Assembly: GCA_003223975.1 (NCBI GenBank)
Contig: QHXS01000043.1
Span: forward strand, 1 to 52,173
Length of the DNA stretch: 52,173 nucleotides
From: Acidobacteriota bacterium
Lineage (GTDB): Bacteria; Acidobacteriota; Blastocatellia; Pyrinomonadales; Pyrinomonadaceae
Reading direction: 5' to 3'
The position numbers and the translations under genes are program-made. Below the pieces are notes generated by a model. That model did not search any database. It was given only the letters and a program-made list of their open reading frames with translations, and was not told the origin of the DNA. Below, one piece after another: positions 42,090 through 48,772 of the stretch (its first letter is position 1; each line of letters begins with the position of its first letter).

Positions 42090-42342
42090 ATGTTCCTCCC
42101 AGTCAAAATGCTAATGCTGGTGGGGAGAGGAAGGCTCACCTCCTCCTCTCCCCTTCACCCAGGCTCATCGTTGAGAGTCGTCTGGGTGAAACTAGTGGGG
42201 GCTGCACTGAACTAGCTACAAATGCAGTGCAGCCCCAAGTGGCCTTTCAACGGCCGCTGTCTCAGCTCAGGCTATCCAAACCAAAAGACAGCTATGCTGG
42301 CTCGTAACCACTCGTGAGTCCTTAAGGGGCTGTTAAGCCCCT
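42090..42342 (-). other. Highly structured 243-nt intergenic region with four stem-loops
   Basis: Stems were read directly: 42122-42153 (10 bp), 42156-42188 (7 bp), 42198-42236 (12 bp, 15-nt loop) and 42325-42342 (7 bp, over the stop codon). The region also holds the 17-mer ATTAGCATTTTGACTGG at comp 42099-42115. Confidence 0.6.
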
Positions 42343-42809
42343 GCTCCCGCCTGGCCAGTGAGCCGGGCAATGTTGTTGTAGATGATCGGCGAGCCATCTT
42401 CGTTCCGCTTCTGTTTGTCCGGGGTCTGGTTGACCTGGACAAAGACAGGAGCGTTCTTCACCTCCGGCAGGGTCTCGCCGAAGGATCGCCCTGCGGTTTC
42501 CACTCCGCAGCTCCTAATAAATTCCGAGAGCTTCCACTGGTTCTCCTCATCCAGCCAGAAGTCATGGCGCATCCGACGGTCTGCGACGCGGATAGGTTTT
42601 CCCTTGGCGTCAACCAAGTCCGCCGCTTCGATGCCATCGGAGGCTGCAGTGATGCGGATGTTCACGCGAACTTGGGGTGTCCTGTCCGCTGTGTTGCTCT
42701 CAATCGGCTGGTAGTCAACCACGACTCCCTCATAGGTGCCAACAGGGAGGATAGCAGGACGCTCTGCATCATCGACTCGCTTTGATAGTAAGCTCTTAAA
42801 ATCAGCCAT
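42333..42809 (-). CDS. DUF669-like protein (ssDNA-binding/recombination accessory candidate)
   Basis: Start trimmed to MADFKSLL, 6 nt after GGAG. The gene sits beside an AAA_24-type ATPase, the usual partner of DUF669. Confidence 0.45.
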   Translation of the reverse strand: MADFKSLLSKRVDDAERPAILPVGTYEGVVVDYQPIESNTADRTPQVRVNIRITAASDGIEAADLVDAKGKPIRVADRRMRHDFWLDEENQWKLSEFIRSCGVETAGRSFGETLPEVKNAPVFVQVNQTPDKQKRNEDGSPIIYNNIARLTGQAGAGA

Positions 42810-42836
42810 CTTCATCTCCATCAGTTAGTTAGTCAG

Positions 42837-43700
42837 CTACTCTGCTGCTTCAGAAATCAGGGGCTTCACCCCTGATGGGTTAGAGCCGAGCACATCGTAG
42901 AAGTACTGCGCTAGCCCGGTCTCAATGGGGTATTCTCTCTTCACACCAGTGGGGTTACTAGACTTCAGTCCGAGGGAAACCATCGGGACTGTGGTGATCT
43001 TCCTCTTCATGGCAGGACCAACGCCAGTGCAAACTACTTGCAGGGCATCGTTGAAGTAAGAGCCAACTTTCTCCGGTAGCTTGTTGCCCGGAGCAGATGG
43101 GAATCCACCCTCAAGTTCCCTGCCCAGCACCTGTAGATTTTCCTTCCCGCCCCTAATTTCGCGCCAGCGCCAGTCAATATGTGTAATTACACACACCTGG
43201 CATTTGATCTCACTATCCTTCAGCATCTCAAGCAGCTCTTTAATCATCGTTTGCACTATCCCCCAATCAGGGAGGGTAGGATGTTGCCCAAGTTTGGCGT
43301 TAAGAGACTGGTGGTATCGCATTGCGGCTTCGCCACAGTGGGTAAGGGAGTCAATGACCAGGATGGAATTAGAGTCCCACGAGGACACTGGTCCAAGGGA
43401 ATCGGACTTCCAGTTCGAGAGCAAAGTGACGGCCTTAGTCCATGCCACGAGAGGGGTGCGAGGCAGTAGTCTCCCTTGCACGTTCTTGAAAGAATCTGTG
43501 CATTTCTCCACGTAGACGCGGGACATAGCATCTGGATCGTCCTTCAAGAGGGAGGCCAAGATCTGAGTTCCGTTGTCAAAGTCCAGGATGCGGAGGGAAT
43601 ACCCGGCGCGAGCGAGGCTAGCTAGCGCTCCTGTTTTCCCCATCCCAGAGTCGGAGACTAAGAGGAGCATCATACGTTCTGTTGGGGTGAGACGAGGCAT
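42837..43700 (-). CDS. RecA-fold AAA_24/Sak4-like ATPase (287 aa)
   Basis: Walker A LLLVSDSGMGKTG and Walker B ILVIDS are present, in the recombination-module context. Confidence 0.65.
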   Translation of the reverse strand: MPRLTPTERMMLLLVSDSGMGKTGALASLARAGYSLRILDFDNGTQILASLLKDDPDAMSRVYVEKCTDSFKNVQGRLLPRTPLVAWTKAVTLLSNWKSDSLGPVSSWDSNSILVIDSLTHCGEAAMRYHQSLNAKLGQHPTLPDWGIVQTMIKELLEMLKDSEIKCQVCVITHIDWRWREIRGGKENLQVLGRELEGGFPSAPGNKLPEKVGSYFNDALQVVCTGVGPAMKRKITTVPMVSLGLKSSNPTGVKREYPIETGLAQYFYDVLGSNPSGVKPLISEAAE

Positions 43701-43724
43701 GGGGATAGCTCCGTTGTGGGTTTC

Positions 43725-43753
43725 AATGTATCATGGTTCATTCGAGTTGTCAA
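43725..43753 (-). promoter_or_regulatory. Sigma70-like promoter: TTGACA-N17-TACATT (TGA extended -10)
   Basis: Minus strand reads TTGACAACTCGAATGAACCATGATACATT, 25 nt upstream of the ATG at 43700. Confidence 0.55.
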
Positions 43754-43770
43754 TCATTATCATTAGTGTA

Positions 43771-44727
43771 TCACACATCTCCCCTCACTTCAAGAGGATC
43801 CCAGATCTTTCTGGTGAAGCTCGCTTGCAGGAGAGTGTCTCGCATAGCGGGGGCTGAAGAGCAGATGCTGCGAAAGCTGCAACCTCCATAGTGCCCGCAA
43901 GCCTTGTCGTTCTTGGGCCAGAAGCTCTTGCGAGCATAGGCTTCTCCCAGCTTGATATACCAGCCGGCTTCTTCGAGCCATTCATCAAGTTCCTCCCTGT
44001 GGCGAGTGGTGAAGCCACGCTGAAAGCGGGTGAAGTTAACTAGAATCTGCGCGCCAGATATGATGACCCCTTTGACTGGCTGCTCATACACTATCTGGGA
44101 GGCTAAGGTGTAGAGGGACATCTGATTATCTGGATTGAACATGGAGAACCATTCAGGGGATAGACTATATTTGCTGGTCTTATGATCCATCGCCCAGATC
44201 TGGGAGTTAAATTCCACAAGCCGGTCTAGATGCCCACAGAGCATAGCTCTTTGACCTGAAACCTCATATGGAATCTCGAACCGGAAGGATAGTTCGACGG
44301 CGGGCTTCCCATTGTTAAGCAGAAGAGTACGGGCGGAATCCTCTTCGAATTGCTCCAGATACCAGACAACTGAGCGTAGTAAAGTAGCTCGGTTCTTGTT
44401 GGGATCATCGGAACTCCAGGGACGCCAGCGTCCATCGGGGAGCCGAGTGATGGTGGCAGTGAGACAGTAATGGACGCTTGCGTCCACTGCATCATCATGG
44501 GAAAGATCGGCGGCTCGCTTGTGGTCATAGATCTCTATCGCTTTGTGGTAGTGCAGGCCAAAGGTGAGATGGACGGACTCGAGCGCGGGTATCCAGCCCT
44601 CGAGAATGGTGTACTGGTATTTCCTCGGGCACTCTTTGAGCAGGCCAAGGCTTACGCTGTCGAAAGCGAATTGCAGGCCAGGCACTTCTGGGGAAAATGC
44701 TTTGCGGCTAGTTGTGTCGGAGATCAT
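43771..44727 (-). CDS. Cas4/RecB-like PD-(D/E)xK exonuclease with a Cys cluster (318 aa)
   Basis: The nuclease core is GHLDRLVE...WAMDHKTSK. There is an N-terminal Cys (LKECPRKYQY) and a C-terminal CGHYGGCSFRSIC. Confidence 0.7.
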   Translation of the reverse strand: MISDTTSRKAFSPEVPGLQFAFDSVSLGLLKECPRKYQYTILEGWIPALESVHLTFGLHYHKAIEIYDHKRAADLSHDDAVDASVHYCLTATITRLPDGRWRPWSSDDPNKNRATLLRSVVWYLEQFEEDSARTLLLNNGKPAVELSFRFEIPYEVSGQRAMLCGHLDRLVEFNSQIWAMDHKTSKYSLSPEWFSMFNPDNQMSLYTLASQIVYEQPVKGVIISGAQILVNFTRFQRGFTTRHREELDEWLEEAGWYIKLGEAYARKSFWPKNDKACGHYGGCSFRSICSSAPAMRDTLLQASFTRKIWDPLEVRGDV

Positions 44728-44796
44728 GGTGGTGAGCCTTCAAAATTTTGCGCTAGGATGGGGACTGATGTGCTTACATGTATGGCTGCTCGGTTG

Positions 44797-45117
44797 TCAT
44801 TTTGGGAGCTCCGGTCGGACGCCAGCGGCGATCTCGACGGCACGCTTTGCTGTTGGCACGTCCTGCATGCAGCCGAGGCGTTTGAAGATTGACCACTCGA
44901 CCTCCATCGAAGGCACGTTTATTGGTTCGTCTTGGTTCTGCGGCCGCGCCCAAGCGTAGCAGGAATCGCCGCTGTCGCCTTCGAACTGTGATGGCTCGTC
45001 CTGTCCTGTGAACTGCTCGATCCAGCCGAGTAATAGGCCGTCAGCATCACGCAGCTCGTCGTAGAGCGCGTAGTGATCGCTCTTAAAGGTCTCTCCTGGC
45101 TTCCAGGTTGCTGTCAC
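44797..45117 (-). CDS. Hypothetical protein (106 aa)
   Basis: ORF-track ORF, coupled to the upstream gene by an ATGA-type overlap. Confidence 0.5.
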   Translation of the reverse strand: MTATWKPGETFKSDHYALYDELRDADGLLLGWIEQFTGQDEPSQFEGDSGDSCYAWARPQNQDEPINVPSMEVEWSIFKRLGCMQDVPTAKRAVEIAAGVRPELPK

Positions 45118-45524
45118 TTCTTCCCTCCCTGTGCTTTTGGGGCAGGCTTGAGGGCGACAAACGGGCGGGCACGGAGACGGGTGTACAGGTTACGCAAACA
45201 CCACAACTCTTCGGCTCTGACTATTTTTCCAAACCTGCCTGTTATTTCGTCGGATGGCGCAAAGCGTTCTTCGTGATAAACGTCGGCGGCTCTTGCGAAT
45301 GGCGCTAGCGCCTGCGCCGCCTCCTCCAGCACGGCGGCTTCGATCAGGGGAATGGCGGCGGTGAGGGCGACATTGGCTTCCGGGACAAAGTTCGGCCATC
45401 CGGCATCCTCAGATGCTTTATACCGCTCAGGGGTTAGTGGCTCACGATGTCGCGAGTTAAAGTCTAAGCGTTGTCGTGCCAACGCCCGAGCCACCGCCTC
45501 CACGATTGCCGGGTCGAGCTTCAT
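45114..45524 (-). CDS. Hypothetical protein (136 aa) in a GC-rich segment
   Basis: ORF-track ORF. It is the longest and best-behaved of many overlapping frames. Confidence 0.5.
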   Translation of the reverse strand: MKLDPAIVEAVARALARQRLDFNSRHREPLTPERYKASEDAGWPNFVPEANVALTAAIPLIEAAVLEEAAQALAPFARAADVYHEERFAPSDEITGRFGKIVRAEELWCLRNLYTRLRARPFVALKPAPKAQGGKK

Positions 45525-46231
45525 GCCTTCCCCTCCTCTGGTCGGGTGGGAGGGACTTCAACGAACTGGCCGTCTTCAAACTCCTTGATTGGCCGTGCCC
45601 AGAATGCGCTGCCCCATCCTCCAATGTCGTGACGGTAGAAGACGATTGGCGTAATGTCATCGACGCCATCCCCGGATGCATACAGACCGCGCCCAATTTC
45701 AGTTACGAGCGCACCACTGTTTACGTGTCGCCAGCGCTTCCTCTCCTCTGTCCGGGCGGGAGGGGGAGGGGCTGCGGCGAGTGGAGTTGCTGCGGGGCGA
45801 ATAGCTGCGATGGCAGCGACGGCCGCTGCTCGGATGCGAGCCTCCTGCTTTTCGTCCATGTCACTCCACGACATGGGGCGCTCGACTTCGGCGACGTTCT
45901 CATGGAGCGCACGCAGGATCGCCCACGCGACGCGCTCAGTCTCAGCGTCGAGTTCACCAATGCTGGCGTAGCCTTTCTGCCACCCCTCCGGCGCTGCTGA
46001 CCGCTCCAGGCGGTCGAGGGCGGCGAGGGCCTGAAGGTATTGGGTGCTGCACCACACTTCTACGTCACGACCATCATACAGCGTGTGGTCGATGCACCAC
46101 GCTAGTTCCAGTTTAGCGAGAAGCGCGCTCGCCTCCTCCAGCGCCGCGCGCACCTCTGCGATGTCGGTCATCTCCACGGGATCGCTCCGAAAACGATACC
46201 GATCTCCAGTAAGCAGAACAGCCAAAACCAT
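45521..46231 (-). CDS. Hypothetical protein with a DUF1653-like C-terminus (236 aa)
   Basis: C-terminal RWRHVNSGALVTEIGRG...IVFYRHDIGGWGSAFWARPIKEF resembles the Y-R-H-x-K-G...W-x-R-P pattern. Confidence 0.5.
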   Translation of the reverse strand: MVLAVLLTGDRYRFRSDPVEMTDIAEVRAALEEASALLAKLELAWCIDHTLYDGRDVEVWCSTQYLQALAALDRLERSAAPEGWQKGYASIGELDAETERVAWAILRALHENVAEVERPMSWSDMDEKQEARIRAAAVAAIAAIRPAATPLAAAPPPPARTEERKRWRHVNSGALVTEIGRGLYASGDGVDDITPIVFYRHDIGGWGSAFWARPIKEFEDGQFVEVPPTRPEEGKA

Positions 46232-46317
46232 AGGTCCTGCGAACCTTGCTCACAGATTGAACTCATCCCTCACCCCCTTCGGCTTGCGTGGCGGAGTGGG
46301 TACAGCGCCCGCATTGG

Positions 46318-46551
46318 CTAGAGCCCAAGATCAGCGAGGGAGATTGGCCCTGTGGTCTTCTTTCCATTCTTTCTCTTTGGCTTCTCCTGCTGCTCCTCTT
46401 GCATGAATTGAAAGCGCTGGGCGCGAAGGGTGCGAACGATGGCGTCCCTGTCGGCGCGAGTGAGTTCCTCCGGATCGCGCGACATTATTTCCTGCATGGA
46501 GATCACCGGGTTGGCTTCATCTAGGGGCGAAGCCCCTGGGCTATCACTCAT
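46318..46551 (-). CDS. Early protein with a C-terminal ISLADLGL tail (77 aa)
   Basis: Start trimmed to MSDSPG after GAGGAGG. It ends ...EKPKRKNGKKTTGPISLADLGL*. Confidence 0.6.
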   Translation of the reverse strand: MSDSPGASPLDEANPVISMQEIMSRDPEELTRADRDAIVRTLRAQRFQFMQEEQQEKPKRKNGKKTTGPISLADLGL

Positions 46552-46714
46552 CTGCTTCCTCCTCTTCTCCCTCTTCAAGTCCTGTAATAAAGTCCTCTAT
46601 TGTTTCCTGAATCTCCGCAGCGAGTGCTGTTATTATCTCTGTGTTGCCGGCGTAGCTGGTATCGCTGAGAAAGAGTTCTGCGAGATCGTAGCATTTGGGA
46701 TCAAAGGTAGTCAT
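46544..46714 (-). CDS. Small very acidic ORF (56 aa), below the track cutoff
   Basis: MTTFDPKCYDLAELFLSDTSYAGNTEIITALAAEIQETIEDFITGLEEGEEEEADE. The RBS is GAGGAGG. It has an ATGA overlap upstream and its stop overlaps the next start. Confidence 0.45.
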   Translation of the reverse strand: MTTFDPKCYDLAELFLSDTSYAGNTEIITALAAEIQETIEDFITGLEEGEEEEADE

Positions 46715-46950
46715 TGGTGCGCCTCCTCAGCTAGTGCTTCAAGCTCCTCGTCATCTAGTGGCCGGATTGGTTTCTGGCGAGAGGCTTGTAGATCCTGCAT
46801 TCTCTTTACGCTATTGCGGACTATCGTGCGAACAGCTTTGCCCACTCCCACCGATTCCTCCCTTCGGTAGTTGCTTCTCAGCCACTCCAAGTCGGCTGAG
46901 AAGAGGTTGATGTGAATGCGTTCTATTGGTTCGTCCTCCTGGCGTGGCAT
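46711..46950 (-). CDS. Ribbon-helix-helix (CopG/Arc-like) regulator candidate (79 aa)
   Basis: ERIHINLFSADLEWLRSNY...GKAVRTIVRNSVKRM fits a beta-alpha-alpha RHH pattern. Confidence 0.45.
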   Translation of the reverse strand: MPRQEDEPIERIHINLFSADLEWLRSNYRREESVGVGKAVRTIVRNSVKRMQDLQASRQKPIRPLDDEELEALAEEAHQ

Positions 46951-46977
46951 GGTGGAGATGGCTCCTAGTGCGTTGTT

Positions 46978-47289
46978 TCAAGGGGAGATGTCGATCGGTA
47001 GGCTGGTATCTAGTTCTTCTTCAGGCGGCAAAGCCGCCTGGCGCTTCTTTACAATCCAAAGCTCTGTCCGTGGACTATAGGGCGATGGGATGAAAGATAG
47101 TGCCCGTAGGGCGCTATCTCCATTGGTGCTTCTCGCCTGAGAGAACATAGCCTTGGCATCGTGGACATTGGAGACTACTACAATGATGCCCAGTGGACTC
47201 GCCGCTGCCTGATACATGAGAGATACGAGGTTCTCATGAGCGGAAGTTGGAAGGGGGATAGGCATGGTGTTACTGGGTCCCTCTTCCAA
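46978..47289 (-). CDS. Hypothetical protein (103 aa; TTG start)
   Basis: TTG lies 7 nt after TGGAGC. An alternative ATG occurs at codon 9. Confidence 0.45.
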   Translation of the reverse strand: MEEGPSNTMPIPLPTSAHENLVSLMYQAAASPLGIIVVVSNVHDAKAMFSQARSTNGDSALRALSFIPSPYSPRTELWIVKKRQAALPPEEELDTSLPIDISP

Positions 47290-47303
47290 CTAGATTGCTC
47301 CAA

Positions 47304-47861
47304 TTACTGGGCGGTAGCTTCTGCACCTTGGGCGGGAAGTTCCAGCTCGTCGAGAGTGATCGAAGTCTTGGCGCTGATCCTCCGCTGGGCCTCTTCTCTG
47401 ATCTCTGGCCGCTTCGCGAGGATCCCGGGGACGAGCCCAGCGATCTGCTCTGCGTCCAGCTTGCCATAGCCCTTCGACTTCGCGTGCTGGCGGATGAGAT
47501 CCCTCGCCATGACGTGAGCTTCGCGCTCCACAGGATCTCTTGGTAGCCCCGCTTCGCCAGCGCCAGAAGCTGCTCGGGTGCCAAACTCATAGTCATTGGC
47601 GTAGGAGCTAAACTCCTGCTGGAGATCGTCCGGAGCCGCCTCGCCATCTCCCGGGAACTCTCCACCGTTCTTCTGCGCAGCTTCCTTCGCGGACTTCACT
47701 TTCTTGGCAAAGTTATTCCGAAGGTTCTCAGCAAAAGTCTGGTTGAGGGTGTTCGCCTCGTTCTCTGTAAGAACATGGCCGGTTTTGTAGGGAGCTGGGG
47801 CGTTGAAGAGCAGACCTTCAACCTTGATCCTCCGCTGTTCGCTAGTTCCATTCTCGCTCAT
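47304..47861 (-). CDS. Hypothetical early protein (185 aa), first gene of its operon
   Basis: The ATG lies after AGGAAAGGAAAAACTACC, about 50 nt downstream of the predicted TSS. Confidence 0.6.
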   Translation of the reverse strand: MSENGTSEQRRIKVEGLLFNAPAPYKTGHVLTENEANTLNQTFAENLRNNFAKKVKSAKEAAQKNGGEFPGDGEAAPDDLQQEFSSYANDYEFGTRAASGAGEAGLPRDPVEREAHVMARDLIRQHAKSKGYGKLDAEQIAGLVPGILAKRPEIREEAQRRISAKTSITLDELELPAQGAEATAQ

Positions 47862-47882
47862 GGTAGTTTTTCCTTTCCTATG

Positions 47883-47896
47883 GTGGGGGCGGTTGC
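47883..47896. repeat. 14-bp direct repeat gtgggggcggttgc (left copy)
   Basis: Identical to 47996-48009. Together the two copies bracket the promoter-plus-palindrome cassette. Confidence 0.85.
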
Positions 47897-47916
47897 CCCG
47901 ATGCTTTGACGTGGTG

Positions 47917-47960
47917 ACTTTGGCACAAAATTAAAGGGCTGTCAATGGGAATGTGTAGGG
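47917..47960 (-). promoter_or_regulatory. Early promoter cassette: CTACACAT element, then TTGACA-N17-CAAAGT (TGC extended -10)
   Basis: Minus strand reads CCCTACACATTCCCATTGACAGCCCTTTAATTTTGTGCCAAAGT. Confidence 0.55.
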
Positions 47961-47963
47961 TTA

Positions 47964-47992
47964 TGGGCGTTTTCACAATGTGAAGAAGCCCA
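47964..47992. promoter_or_regulatory. 29-bp palindrome family, copy d
   Basis: TGGGCGTTTTCACAATGTGAAGAAGCCCA. Arms are TGGGC/GCCCA and TTCACA/TGTGAA. It abuts the upstream element of the promoter. Confidence 0.65.
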
Positions 47993-47995
47993 TCA

Positions 47996-48009
47996 GTGGG
48001 GGCGGTTGC
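47996..48009. repeat. 14-bp direct repeat gtgggggcggttgc (right copy)
   Basis: Identical to 47883-47896. Confidence 0.85.
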
Positions 48010-48014
48010 TTCTG

Positions 48015-48239
48015 TCATAGGCCTAGCTTCTTTCTCTCTTCTTCGTAGAGAGCCTCAGCTCGATTCTTCTTGAGCTGGGGTTGCTGCAACTGCAACTCTC
48101 GCACTACCCAAGCTTTGCGGATCGCTGCCATCTCTTCGAGTGAGAGCGTGTGGGTGCGGGCGAGAGCTATTAAGGTGGGGAGATCTAGTGTGAGTCCCCC
48201 ACTCCTCAAGTCGGATAGCTTTTCCTGCCAGCTCTGCAT
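48015..48239 (-). CDS. Hypothetical protein ending KKLGL (74 aa from an internal ATG)
   Basis: Track ORF 48015-48404 overlaps the 48256-48549 gene in another frame. It was trimmed to MQSWQEK just after that gene's stop. The RBS is weak. Confidence 0.4.
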   Translation of the reverse strand: MQSWQEKLSDLRSGGLTLDLPTLIALARTHTLSLEEMAAIRKAWVVRELQLQQPQLKKNRAEALYEEERKKLGL

Positions 48240-48255
48240 GTGCTGTGCCTGGGGA

Positions 48256-48549
48256 CTAGAGCCCCAGGTCGGCGAGGGAGAGGAGCTGCTTAGCGGCTTC
48301 TCGTTTGCTGTACTGGCCTCCGGTGGAAATTCCTGCTGCGGCATTTTGGCGAGCCCTTTGTTTGAAGTACTCTGTGTGGTGATCTCCCCAGGCCTGAGGG
48401 CCAAACCTCCATCTCCCTATGGCGTAGATCATACCGAGGTAGGTGGAGTCTGGGTCCTCTTTCGAGCTTTGATAGATCTTAAAAAGCTCTTCAAGGGGAC
48501 AGTTAAAGAGCTGGTGCTCAAGCACCAGCCTCGCGTGGTCTAGGTCCAT
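48256..48549 (-). CDS. Early protein with a C-terminal LSLADLGL tail (97 aa)
   Basis: It ends ...QYSKREAAKQLLSLADLGL*. Confidence 0.55.
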   Translation of the reverse strand: MDLDHARLVLEHQLFNCPLEELFKIYQSSKEDPDSTYLGMIYAIGRWRFGPQAWGDHHTEYFKQRARQNAAAGISTGGQYSKREAAKQLLSLADLGL

Positions 48550-48772
48550 CGAAGATCTCCTCTAGGTTGTCCTCAATGTTCTTCCCGTTGAGGATGTTGA
48601 TGTGGGTAGCCCTCCGCTTGAATACTAAGTGGCCGAAGGTGCCAGGGTAGCGCTGGCGCTCCCTTCGCAGGGCGTTAAATATCGTTGCGAGAGTGCGGGG
48701 CTCTGCGCTAACGCGCAGGCCCCCCTTCTTGCTCTCTGCGGCGCGAACTAGAATACTGTGCGCTTCTGTCAT
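48518..48772 (-). CDS. Hypothetical basic protein (84 aa)
   Basis: It has an ATGA overlap with the helicase stop. Confidence 0.5.
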   Translation of the reverse strand: MTEAHSILVRAAESKKGGLRVSAEPRTLATIFNALRRERQRYPGTFGHLVFKRRATHINILNGKNIEDNLEEIFDGPRPREAGA

